This document shows positions 39,833 through 48,348 of a DNA stretch of 64,000 nt, one piece after another. The notes below the pieces were generated by a model, which had not been told where the DNA came from, ran no database searches, and saw only the letters and a list, made by a program, of their open reading frames with translations. The position numbers were made by a program, and so were the translations under genes. The stretch is from an uncultured Acidimicrobiales bacterium (lineage in GTDB: Bacteria > Actinomycetota > Acidimicrobiia > Acidimicrobiales > SHLQ01): NCBI GenBank assembly GCA_964390555.1, contig CAYMJU010000125.1, forward strand, positions 53,940 to 117,939, read 5' to 3'. The first letter of the stretch is position 1. Each line of letters starts with the position of its first letter.

Positions 39833-42406
39833 ATGAACGATCCGGGGCTCAGAGGGCGAGCCGATAGGCGAGCCCTCCAATGTGACAGTGGCATTTCTCG
39901 ACTGCGCCAGCAGGCGAGCGAAACCGATCGGAAGCTGAAACAGTCACCTAGCGATCCGGGGCTCAGCGCACTGGAGGCCGCGAGGCGACTGGCCGACGAC
40001 GGACCGAACGCTGTCCCGCTGCCCTCGCCACCGCGGCTCCCGTTACAGATCCTCCACGCCGTCCGCCAGCCATTGTCCCTCGTGCTTGTCGCCGCGGGCC
40101 TGGCCACGGCACTCGTCCTCGACGAGCTCGTCGAGGGCCTGGCCATCGGTGGCGTGGTGGTACTGAACGTCGCCGTTGAGGTGGTGCTCCAGCGGCGAGC
40201 AACATCGGCCCTGGCTGCGCTCGCCGAGCTCACCAGCCCGAAGGCGACCGTCCGGCGCGCCGGTGTGGCGCGGGTCATCGACGCCGCCGATCTCGTCCGA
40301 GGCGATGTCGTCGAGCTGGCCGCGGGCGATCGGGCACCCGCCGACATCGAGCTCACAGAAGGCTCGCCCCTCGTCGTCGACGAGTCGATCCTGTCGGGCG
40401 AGTCGGCGCCGGTGACACGTCATGCCGATGGCGATTCTGAAGAAGCGCTCGTCCGGGGCGGAACGATGGTGCACCAGGGATCCGCCTCGGGTGTCGTGGT
40501 CGCCACCGGAGCCGCGACCGCGATCGGCAGCATCGCCCGATCCATCCAGACCGAAACCACACCGCCGCTCGTCGACGAGCTCCGCTCGATCGCGGTGGCC
40601 CTCAGCGTGGGAGCCATCGCGTTGGGAACGGTGCTCGGTCTACTCGTCGCCCGACGGGGAGACGCCGACGCGGGCGACGCTCTGCTGGCCGTCGTCGCCC
40701 TGTCGGTCGCCGCCATACCCGAGGGCCTCCCAACCACGGTGATCGCTGCCCTGGCCCTCGGCGCACGAGCGATGGCTCGACGCGGCGCCATCGTGCAGAA
40801 CCTGGCCGCGATCGACGCTCTCGGCGCCACTTCCGTGCTGTGCACCGACAAGACGGGGACGATCACGACGGGGCGACTCCGACTCGATGGAGTCCATCCG
40901 CTCGATGGTCGAGGTGACGACCTCTGGACGGCCATTGCCCACTGCCATGACGCCCACGACGGGCTCGGCGATCCGATAGACGTGCTGGTCGCGGCCGCGG
41001 CGGCCGATCGAGGGGTACCGGCAGGCGTCCGGCTGAACAGCCGCCCCTTCGACGGGTTGGCGCGGTCGATGGCCGTCGTGACGCTCGACTCGGACGCGAC
41101 GCCGGTCCTCATCGTCAAGGGCGCGCCCGAAGGAGTGTTGACGCGCTGTGACCCCGGACCGGACGCGGTGCGCCTCGCCGAAATGGCCGAGGGATTGGCC
41201 GCGGCCGGTCAACGAGTGATCGCCTACGCCAGCCGAGCCAGCGACGACCTCGACGCGGCGGGCCTGCGGCCGCTGGGCGTCGTCTCGTTCAGCGAGGAGA
41301 ACAGGCCCACGGCGGCGCGCACAGTGCAAGGGTTTCACGACGCGGGCATCCGCGTCGTCATGGCGACCGGTGACAGCCCGATCACCGCCACGGCGGTCTG
41401 CCGCCGTGTGGGACTTCCGGTGAGAACTGTCTATTCGGGCCTCGACGACCACCATCACGGCGCCGATCTGCGAGACGCCGATCTGGTCGCGAGGGTCGAT
41501 CCCCTCACCAAGTTGGCCCTGATCGACGCCCACCGCTCCGCGGGTCACGTCGTCGCCATGATCGGCGACGGGGTCAACGACGCTCCGGCCCTCAAGCGCG
41601 CTGACGTGGGTGTGGCGGTGAGCGGTTCGGGGACCGACGTGGCGCGGGCCGCGGCCGACGTCGTCTTGACCGATGGCGATCTCGAGACGCTGCTCGTCGG
41701 CATCCGAGAAGGACGGCGCATCTACCGGAACCTCAAGGTGGCGACGGGCTACCTGTTGTCGGGCAACGTCAGCGAGGTGCTGGTGTTCGTAGGGGCACTG
41801 ATCGTGTTCCCCGACGTCGCGGTGCCGCTCCTGCCGCTTCAGATCCTGTGGCTGAACCTGATCACCGACGGCCTGCCGGCGATCGTGCTCGGGATCGACG
41901 ACCCGCCGCACGAGCCTCTGCACTCGCGCCCGCGCGGGCCAGGTGATGAGATCCTGGCTCGACCGGCGCAGCTCCGGATCGCGGGACGAGCGACCGTCAT
42001 CACCGCGATCGTGCTGGCCTCGACGTGGCTCGTGACCGACGGTTCGGCTGAAGGATCGATCAGGACCCAGCTGCTGTTGTCGCTCGGCTCGGCCCATATG
42101 TTGCTCGCGCTGATCGCCCGATCCGAGCGCTGGACGTTCGAACGCGGCTGGGCGCGTTACAAGCCCGTGTTGCTCGCCATCTCCGGTTCGGCCGTCGTGC
42201 ACGCGCTCGCGTTCGTCACGCCCCCCGTGCGCTCGTTGCTGGACCTCGAACCCGTGCCCGCCGATGGGTGGTTGGCCGCCGTCGGTGGCCTCGTCGTCTT
42301 GCTGGTCGCGGTCGATGGCGCCCGCGCCCTCGACCGTCTTCGATCGAACCGCGGCGCTCGGTCAGGGCCAGACCTGGGTGCCGGCCAGACCGCGGCAGGC
42401 CGCTAA
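39833..42406 (+). CDS. P-type cation-transporting ATPase (P2, CtpF-like), N-terminus interrupted in frame by repeat element E2
   Basis: 857 aa with CTDKTGTITTG, MATGDSP and GDGVNDAPALKRADVG. Codons 7-44 are the inserted element plus the duplicated DPGL codons. Confidence 0.9.
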   Translation: MNDPGLRGRADRRALQCDSGISRLRQQASETDRKLKQSPSDPGLSALEAARRLADDGPNAVPLPSPPRLPLQILHAVRQPLSLVLVAAGLATALVLDELVEGLAIGGVVVLNVAVEVVLQRRATSALAALAELTSPKATVRRAGVARVIDAADLVRGDVVELAAGDRAPADIELTEGSPLVVDESILSGESAPVTRHADGDSEEALVRGGTMVHQGSASGVVVATGAATAIGSIARSIQTETTPPLVDELRSIAVALSVGAIALGTVLGLLVARRGDADAGDALLAVVALSVAAIPEGLPTTVIAALALGARAMARRGAIVQNLAAIDALGATSVLCTDKTGTITTGRLRLDGVHPLDGRGDDLWTAIAHCHDAHDGLGDPIDVLVAAAAADRGVPAGVRLNSRPFDGLARSMAVVTLDSDATPVLIVKGAPEGVLTRCDPGPDAVRLAEMAEGLAAAGQRVIAYASRASDDLDAAGLRPLGVVSFSEENRPTAARTVQGFHDAGIRVVMATGDSPITATAVCRRVGLPVRTVYSGLDDHHHGADLRDADLVARVDPLTKLALIDAHRSAGHVVAMIGDGVNDAPALKRADVGVAVSGSGTDVARAAADVVLTDGDLETLLVGIREGRRIYRNLKVATGYLLSGNVSEVLVFVGALIVFPDVAVPLLPLQILWLNLITDGLPAIVLGIDDPPHEPLHSRPRGPGDEILARPAQLRIAGRATVITAIVLASTWLVTDGSAEGSIRTQLLLSLGSAHMLLALIARSERWTFERGWARYKPVLLAISGSAVVHALAFVTPPVRSLLDLEPVPADGWLAAVGGLVVLLVAVDGARALDRLRSNRGARSGPDLGAGQTAAGR
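39838..39966 (-). mobile_element. Element copy E2 (39851-39950, inverted relative to E1) with flanking perfect 15-bp direct repeats
   Basis: CGATCCGGGGCTCAG occurs at 39838-39852 and 39952-39966, 114 nt apart. The interior is homologous to E1. No transposase lies nearby and I found no terminal inverted repeats. Confidence 0.6.
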
Positions 42407-43264
42407 CGCCTGGTCCAGCGCGCCGACGGCCGCCGATCTCCCGGTGTCGGTGACGAAACGGCATGCCGCTTCGACCTTTGGACCCATCGAACCCGGCGCG
42501 AACGATCGGGATCGCAACTCCTCGACGGTGGCGTCGGACAGCGGCGTCGCCCACTGGTCGTAGACGGCATCGACATCGGTGAGGAGCAGGAGCTTCGACG
42601 CGCCGAGCGCACTGGCAAGCAGCGCCGCGGTGAGATCATTGTCGATCACCGCCTCGACCCCGGACCGAAGGCCACATTCCGACCTGGTGACGGGCACGCC
42701 GCCCCCGCCCCCGCACACCACGACCACGCCGCGATCGAGGAGCAGCCGGATCACCTCGAGCTCCACCACCGACACCGGATCGGGCGATGCGACGACGCGG
42801 CGCCAGCCGTCTCCGTCATGGCCGATCGACCAGCCTCGCTCCCGGGCCAGGCGCTCCGCCTGGTCCTTGTCGAGCATCGCTCCGATCGGCTTCGTCGGGA
42901 TCGCGAATGCGGGGTCGTGAGGTTCGACCTCGACCTGGGTGAGCAGTGTCGCGACGTGACGACCGGAGAGCTGGTTGGAGAGTTCGATCGAGAGCAGGTA
43001 CCCGATCTGACCCTGGGTCTCGGCGTCCAGAACGTCGAGGGGCATCGGCGCGGGGCCGAGCTCGGATTCCTGCGCCAGCAGACCGACCTGGGGGCCGTTC
43101 CCGTGGACGATGGCGAGGTCAGAATGGCGGGCCAGCTCGCTCAGTGCCCGACCGGCCACCCGCACGTTCGCGACCTGGGTTCGGTGGTCGAGTGGCTGAC
43201 CGCGCCGGAGCAGCGCGTTGCCCCCGATGGCGGCGACGACCAGCGGCCGGTTCAGATGGTCCAC
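42362..43264 (-). CDS. arcC: Carbamate kinase
   Basis: 300 aa. VVAAIGGNALLRRGQ, AIVHGNGPQVG and VVVCGGGGGVPV are typical carbamate kinase motifs. Confidence 0.88.
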   Translation of the reverse strand: MDHLNRPLVVAAIGGNALLRRGQPLDHRTQVANVRVAGRALSELARHSDLAIVHGNGPQVGLLAQESELGPAPMPLDVLDAETQGQIGYLLSIELSNQLSGRHVATLLTQVEVEPHDPAFAIPTKPIGAMLDKDQAERLARERGWSIGHDGDGWRRVVASPDPVSVVELEVIRLLLDRGVVVVCGGGGGVPVTRSECGLRSGVEAVIDNDLTAALLASALGASKLLLLTDVDAVYDQWATPLSDATVEELRSRSFAPGSMGPKVEAACRFVTDTGRSAAVGALDQALAACRGLAGTQVWP

Positions 43265-44574
43265 TGCGCGATCAGCGGGCGAAGGACCGAGGACAAGCTC
43301 GGCTCGCCGACCTCGCGAAAGCTGTAGCTCGCGTGGCGGACGGGGGACGAGATGTCGATCAGTCGGCTGAGATCCATCGGCGTGCCGGTGACCACCACGT
43401 CGCAGTCGGTCGCGGCGATCGTCTTGGCCAGATCCTCGAGTTGCTGATCGTCATACCCCATCGCCGGAAGGACCGACTCGATGTGTCGGTACCGCTCGAA
43501 GGTCGCGGCGATCGAGCCGACGGCGTGAGGCCGGGCATCGACGAGAGCGGTCGCGCCCGCTTGCCGGGCGGCGACGGTGCCGGCCCCGAAGCGCATCCCG
43601 CCGTGGGTGATCGTGGGACCGTCCTCGACGACCAGGACCCGCCGCCCGACGAGCGAGGGGCCCGGGCCGAGCGTCACCGGCGACGCGGCCTTCACGATGA
43701 CGGCGTCGGGATTGACCGCCTCGGTGTTGGCGACGACGGTCGCGACCGACTCGAGCGATGCGGTGTCGACCTTGTTGACCACCACGACGTCGGCCATGCG
43801 GACGTTGACCTCGCCCGGGTGATAGGAGACCTCGTCACCCGGACGCAACGGGTCGGCAATCGTGATCATCAGATCGGGCCGGTAGAAGGGGAAGTCGTTG
43901 TTGCCACCGTCCCAGATGATGACGTCGGCCTCGGTCTCGGCGCGGCGCAGGATCGCCTCGTAGTCGACGCCGGCGTACATGATCATCCCGACCCTGACCG
44001 GCTCCTCGTACTCCTCGCGCTCTTCGATCGTCGGGTGCGATGCGTCGATGTCCTCGATCGTGGCGAATCGCTGAACGCGCATGGCCTCGAGGTCGCCGTA
44101 GGGCATCGGATGGCGAACCAACGCCACCCGTAGCCCGGCTTCGATCAGATGCCGGCCGACCCAACGGCTGGTCGGAGACTTGCCACAACCCGTCCTCGTC
44201 GCGCACACGGCGATCACCGGCTTGCTGCTCGGCACCATCGTCGATGCCGGCCCGAGCAGGCGGAAGTCGGCCCCCGCGGCCATGGCGACCGAGGCCTTGT
44301 GCATGACCTCGACGTGGGACAGATCGCTGTACGCGAGCACGACCTCGTCGATCTGTTCCCGGCGGACGAGCGTGGCCAACGTCGCCTCGGGGACGATCGG
44401 GATTCCATCTGGATAGCGCGTTCCGGCCAGAGACGCCGGGTAGCGCCGATCGTCGATACCCGGGATCTGGGCGGCAGTGAAGGCGACGACCCTTGCGTGC
44501 GCGTCGTCACGGTAGACCGTGTTGAAGTCGTGGAAATCGCGCCCTCCGGCACCCATGATCACGATGCGTCGCAT
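43252..44574 (-). CDS. P-loop protein of the family often auto-annotated as cyclic 2,3-diphosphoglycerate synthetase / GTPase
   Basis: 440 aa. MRRIVIMGAGGRDFHDFNTVYRDD is followed by the Walker A-like CATRTGCGKSPTS and by VVVVNKVD. Its 3' end overlaps the arcC start by 13 nt. The family assignment is from memory of annotation patterns. Confidence 0.55.
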   Translation of the reverse strand: MRRIVIMGAGGRDFHDFNTVYRDDAHARVVAFTAAQIPGIDDRRYPASLAGTRYPDGIPIVPEATLATLVRREQIDEVVLAYSDLSHVEVMHKASVAMAAGADFRLLGPASTMVPSSKPVIAVCATRTGCGKSPTSRWVGRHLIEAGLRVALVRHPMPYGDLEAMRVQRFATIEDIDASHPTIEEREEYEEPVRVGMIMYAGVDYEAILRRAETEADVIIWDGGNNDFPFYRPDLMITIADPLRPGDEVSYHPGEVNVRMADVVVVNKVDTASLESVATVVANTEAVNPDAVIVKAASPVTLGPGPSLVGRRVLVVEDGPTITHGGMRFGAGTVAARQAGATALVDARPHAVGSIAATFERYRHIESVLPAMGYDDQQLEDLAKTIAATDCDVVVTGTPMDLSRLIDISSPVRHASYSFREVGEPSLSSVLRPLIAQWTI

Positions 44575-44625
44575 GTCGGCTCCTGAATCTCAGATGAGCG
44601 TCCCGCTCGCGAGGTCGGCGCGACA

Positions 44626-44639
44626 GGGCCGAAGGTCAT
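44626..44639. promoter_or_regulatory. Candidate DevR/DosR-like operator
   Basis: GGGCCG-AA-GGTCAT (reverse complement ATGACC-TT-CGGCCC) shares 13 nt, GACCTTCGGCCCT, with the box at 51580. It lies 52 nt upstream of ATG 44574. Confidence 0.35.
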
Positions 44640-44768
44640 TCGACGAGTCGCAACGTCGATGGAAGGTCCATGCGGACCAGCCGGCGCACCATCAGCAGAG
44701 GCGCCAGCCCGACGGCGGCGGGACTTTGGACCATGTGACCCGGGCTACGGTGGCGATCGAATTGACCC

Positions 44769-45878
44769 ATGTTTGCGTTGCCGATCATCGTGGTCGTCGC
44801 AGTCGTCGTGGCCTACGAGGCCTGGCGACGCCGGCGTGGCGTTCTCGGTCTCTCGCCCAGCTCCGGTGGCGGCGGTCGATCCGCGATCGCGCCGAACCTG
44901 CAAGTCAAGCTCGGCGAGTGGGTCGATGCGGGGGTGATCGATGCCCAGCAGGCCACCGCGATCGAGACCCACGAAACGGCGCTAGCGAAGCCGGATCCCA
45001 CGCGTATCCCGCTCGCGTCCGAAGCCATCGGGTACCTAGGTGGGGCGCTGGTCCTCGCCGCGGTGATGGTGCAGTCGGGGCAGCGCTGGCACGAGCTCGG
45101 CTCGTCTGCCCGACTCCTGGTCATCGGGATTCCCACCGTGTTCGTCGGTGCCCTCGGTTGGCCGATTGGCCGGCGACCCGACGAGGCGTTCCAACGGCTG
45201 GGAAGCGTGCTGTGGCTGCTCGCCGGCGCCGGTGTCGCCGGCTTGGCCGCCGAGGTGTTCGTGGATGTGATCCATGACGGCGACCCGCCCGACCACGGCG
45301 GCGCTCTGTTCGTCGGGGGTATCACCACTGTGCCGGCGCTGGCGGCGTGGTGGTTGCGGCGTGAGCCGCTGCAGCAGTTGGGCCTGTACGCGACGGTGGT
45401 CGCAACCGTCGTCGGGGCGATCGATGCCTTCGGAGAGTTCGACAGCGACGGCTGGACGGTGGCCTCTGGCCTGGCTCTGTTCGCGCTCGGCACAGCGTGG
45501 CTCGCTCTCGGGGCCGTCGAGCGGATGACACCTGCGATCGTGGCGATGGTCATCGGAGGGCTGACGATCCTGTTCAGCCCCCAGATCGTGCTGGCAGGAA
45601 ACGAACACGCCGGCCTTTGGTTGGGGCTCGCCAGCACCGCGGCGCTGGTGGCTTACGGTGCCGCCCGGTCGCGGGTCGAGGTGCTGCTGGTCGGCACGGC
45701 TGGGCTGTTCCAGTGGGTGCCCCAGGTCGCGCTTCGGTACCTGGGCGACCGGCTCGGCACGACGGCAACGCTCCTCGTGATCGGCGTGTTGTTGCTGGCG
45801 TTGGCTGGTTCACTCAACCGGCTCGTCCCGAGGTTGTCCCGGCGTCATCGTCTCGGCCAGGTGATTCCCAGTTCCTGA
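44769..45878 (+). CDS. Multi-pass membrane protein (DUF2157-like)
   Basis: 369 aa. After an N-terminal TM segment comes a soluble helix GEWVDAGVIDAQQATAIE, then about 9 hydrophobic segments. Confidence 0.55.
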   Translation: MFALPIIVVVAVVVAYEAWRRRRGVLGLSPSSGGGGRSAIAPNLQVKLGEWVDAGVIDAQQATAIETHETALAKPDPTRIPLASEAIGYLGGALVLAAVMVQSGQRWHELGSSARLLVIGIPTVFVGALGWPIGRRPDEAFQRLGSVLWLLAGAGVAGLAAEVFVDVIHDGDPPDHGGALFVGGITTVPALAAWWLRREPLQQLGLYATVVATVVGAIDAFGEFDSDGWTVASGLALFALGTAWLALGAVERMTPAIVAMVIGGLTILFSPQIVLAGNEHAGLWLGLASTAALVAYGAARSRVEVLLVGTAGLFQWVPQVALRYLGDRLGTTATLLVIGVLLLALAGSLNRLVPRLSRRHRLGQVIPSS

Positions 45879-45915
45879 CGCCCGACGGGCCGCCATCGAA
45901 TCCCGAAGAGAATCA

Positions 45916-46713
45916 GTGACAACCAACCGATCAACCCGACCCCACCGTCGCGGACCACTCGTGGCCGTCGCGATTGTCGTTCTCGTGGCCAGTGCGTGTG
46001 GCACTGACGACGACTCCGCATCGACGACGTCGAGTGCCCCGGTCAATCCCGCGGATACTTCCACCACGCTCGAGTCGACCACCACGCTCGAGTCGACCAC
46101 GACAGCCGAGTCCACGACGACGGCTGAGTCGACCACGACCGTGACGCCGGGCCCGGTGCAACCCGCAGTGTGGCCCGCGGCGGGCGTGGTCTTCGATTCT
46201 CCCGAGTCGGCGGCCGAAGACTTCGTCGCCCAGGTTCTCGGTGTGCCACCAGTCCTCGGCGAGTTCGTACTGGGCGACTCGCGAAGTGGCGAGATCGAGG
46301 TCATCTTCCCCGGGGAGGGCGAAGGGGCCACGCGCATCGTGCGAGCCACGCTCTTCCTTCGCCAGCTCGGTCCCGACGACGGGTGGTTCGTACTCGGCGC
46401 GGCGAGCGACGGAGCGTCGATCGACTCGCCCCAGGCTGGGACCACCGTCGGTGCGGGAGCCTTGACCGTATCCGGACTAGCACGCGGGTTCGAGGCACTT
46501 GTCGTCGTCGAAGCCTTTGTCGCCGGCGACGCTGTCCGTCTTCTCCAAAAGATCGCGAGTGGCGGGTCGTTCGAAACCCCCGAACCATTCTCGGCCGAGG
46601 TCGATCTGTCGGGCGTCGCTCCTGGTGAGACGGTCCTGCTGCTCGTGCGCGGCGGAGTGGGACTCGAGACCGACCCCGGCGACTTCACCGCCATCCCGGT
46701 CGTGATCGGGTGA
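45916..46713 (+). CDS. Secreted lipoprotein with S/T-rich repeat linker and Ig-like C-terminal domain
   Basis: GTG start. The signal peptide plus lipobox is LVAVAIVVLVASAC, followed by GTDDD, an STTT(L/A)E repeat region and a beta-rich domain (Gmad2-like by impression). Confidence 0.6.
   Translation: MTTNRSTRPHRRGPLVAVAIVVLVASACGTDDDSASTTSSAPVNPADTSTTLESTTTLESTTTAESTTTAESTTTVTPGPVQPAVWPAAGVVFDSPESAAEDFVAQVLGVPPVLGEFVLGDSRSGEIEVIFPGEGEGATRIVRATLFLRQLGPDDGWFVLGAASDGASIDSPQAGTTVGAGALTVSGLARGFEALVVVEAFVAGDAVRLLQKIASGGSFETPEPFSAEVDLSGVAPGETVLLLVRGGVGLETDPGDFTAIPVVIG
46060..46140. repeat. 18-bp imperfect tandem repeat, about 4.5 copies, in frame in the lipoprotein linker
   Basis: The units are TCCACCACGCTCGAGTCG, ACCACCACGCTCGAGTCG, ACCACGACAGCCGAGTCC and ACGACGACGGCTGAGTCG, then ACCACGACC. 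They encode (S/T)TT(L/A)ES repeats. Confidence 0.8.
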
Positions 46714-46893
46714 GGCCTGACGCCATCCGGCGATCACCTCATCGGCGAGGTTCCAGGCTTGTGGCCGTCGATCGTGCTGGCGACTCCGGCCGCGCGGCTG
46801 GCTCAACGGCGCCGTCAACGGATTCCCCCCCCGGACCAGACCCGAACGCACGGATGTTGCTAGAAGATCTCGGAATCGGACAGATACCCGGCG

Positions 46894-48348
46894 TCAGAAT
46901 CCGCCGAGGGCCATCAGTTGCTCCGACACCAGCGCGGCGAGATCGCCGGGCGCCAGCGCAGTGTCGAGGACCCGAGCTTGCGGCCATGGGTCGCGTCCGG
47001 CGGCCAGGTGATCGACCAGATCGGGCGTGGCGTCAGACGGATTCCAGGGACTCGCGAGCCGGCGAGCGATGCGTTCGCGGGCCACGGTCGCATCGAGCCG
47101 ACACTCGATCTCGTGAAGCCAACCGCCGTGGCGCCAGGCCAGGGCCCGCGCCCGCTCGCGTTGTGACTCGCAACTCCACGTCGCGTCCAGAATCACACTC
47201 TCGCCCCGATCGAGCAGCACCTCGGCCTGGCGGATCATCTCGTCGTAAACTGCAGCGGTCATCTCGGTGGTGTAGATCCCCTCTCCCGGGGCGGCGAAGG
47301 CGTGGGTGTCGTGACCGAGACCGGCCAGGTCCTTTCGCACCTCATCGGACCGCACGGCCGACCAGCCGAGCCGCTCGCCGAGATCCAGCGCAAGGGTCGA
47401 CTTGCCGACACCGGCGCCTCCGCCCACGAGAACCAGGTGCACCTGACCCCGGGCCAGGTGATGGGCGCACAACTCGTGGTAGCGCTGGGCCAGCGACGCG
47501 GACTCCGCATCGCCCTGCTCGTAGCGAAGGCACGCGACCTTGGCCCGGACGTGAGCCCGATAGGCGACGTAGTGGTGGGCGAGCGAGCTCGGATGGTGCT
47601 CATAGGAGTGCTGCTGGTACGCGGCCATGAGTACCCGCGCCGAAGCCGGGCCGGACAGCCGATGCAGGTCCATGGCCAAGAAGGCCACGTCGCACAGCAC
47701 GTCGGCGATCCGCAAGTCGTCCCGAAAGGCCAGGCAGTCGAGGATCCGGGGGCCGTCATCGAGGCAGAAGATGTCATCGGCCAGCAAGTCACCGTGACCG
47801 TCGCGGACGAATCCCTCGGCAATGCGGTGGTCGAACAGTGCTTCGCGTCCGGCGAGGAACGCCCGGGCGAGCGCCGCTACCTGATCGATCGCAGCCCCAG
47901 CGATCACCCGGTCGCGGAACCGCTCGAGCGTGCGCAGGTTGTCCTCCCAATTTGCCGCCACCGCGTCGCGGGTCGCCGACGACGGATCGCTCGCCGGAGG
48001 TTGACCGGCGTGGAACGCGGCCACTCGCCGGCCGACCGCACGGACGGCGTCGGCGAACTCCGGCTTGTCGACCAGCGCGCTCAAACGGCGGTCGGCGGGA
48101 AGCCGCTTCATGACGATGAGCTGGTCGACCAACTCGCCGTTCTCGAAGACGTCGCCCAGACCCAGGTACACATCGGGCGCCATTCGCCGGTTGAGTTCGA
48201 GCTCGCGCTTCGCCGCGTGCAGGCGGACGTCACGATCGCGGTGGTCGAGGAACCCCATGTCGACGGGCTTGAGCAGCTTGTACGCCCGATCGGGCGTGAA
48301 GAAGACCCGAGAGATGTGGGTCTCGACGGCGTCGACCGAACTGGTCAT
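46894..48348 (-). CDS. Bifunctional aminoglycoside-phosphotransferase-like kinase / P-loop ATPase (Rv2004c-like)
   Basis: 484 aa. The N-terminal APH-like fold has [20 protein letters not shown] and [11 protein letters not shown]. The C-terminal P-loop is [14 protein letters not shown]. The start overlaps the ppsA stop. Confidence 0.75.
   Translation of the reverse strand: MTSSVDAVETHISRVFFTPDRAYKLLKPVDMGFLDHRDRDVRLHAAKRELELNRRMAPDVYLGLGDVFENGELVDQLIVMKRLPADRRLSALVDKPEFADAVRAVGRRVAAFHAGQPPASDPSSATRDAVAANWEDNLRTLERFRDRVIAGAAIDQVAALARAFLAGREALFDHRIAEGFVRDGHGDLLADDIFCLDDGPRILDCLAFRDDLRIADVLCDVAFLAMDLHRLSGPASARVLMAAYQQHSYEHHPSSLAHHYVAYRAHVRAKVACLRYEQGDAESASLAQRYHELCAHHLARGQVHLVLVGGGAGVGKSTLALDLGERLGWSAVRSDEVRKDLAGLGHDTHAFAAPGEGIYTTEMTAAVYDEMIRQAEVLLDRGESVILDATWSCESQRERARALAWRHGGWLHEIECRLDATVARERIARRLASPWNPSDATPDLVDHLAAGRDPWPQARVLDTALAPGDLAALVSEQLMALGGF

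Noticed and set aside
39851-39950. E2 (and E1) as a known metal riboswitch upstream of a P-type ATPase (M-box/ykoK, yybP-ykoY Mn, or NiCo/czcD).
   Set aside because: I cannot match the conserved cores of those families as I remember them. The element lies downstream of the only usable start codon, inside the ORF. The 15-bp flanking duplication indicates insertion. A proper cmscan against Rfam is still needed.
39853-39951. Terminal inverted repeats or a nearby transposase that would classify the element as a standard MITE.
   Set aside because: Comparing the two ends (AGGGCGAGCC... versus the reverse complement of ...CAGTCACCTAG) shows only an AGG match. No transposase, integrase or recombinase ORF exists anywhere in the window.
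44665-44678. GGTCCATGCGGACC palindrome, plus GGGACTTTGGACCA at 44720-44733, as additional DevR-like boxes.
   Set aside because: The first has its half-sites in the opposite (outward) order with a 4-nt GC-containing spacer. The second has a direct rather than inverted second half. Neither was counted, although the second lies 36 nt upstream of the DUF2157-like gene and could be re-examined with a PWM.
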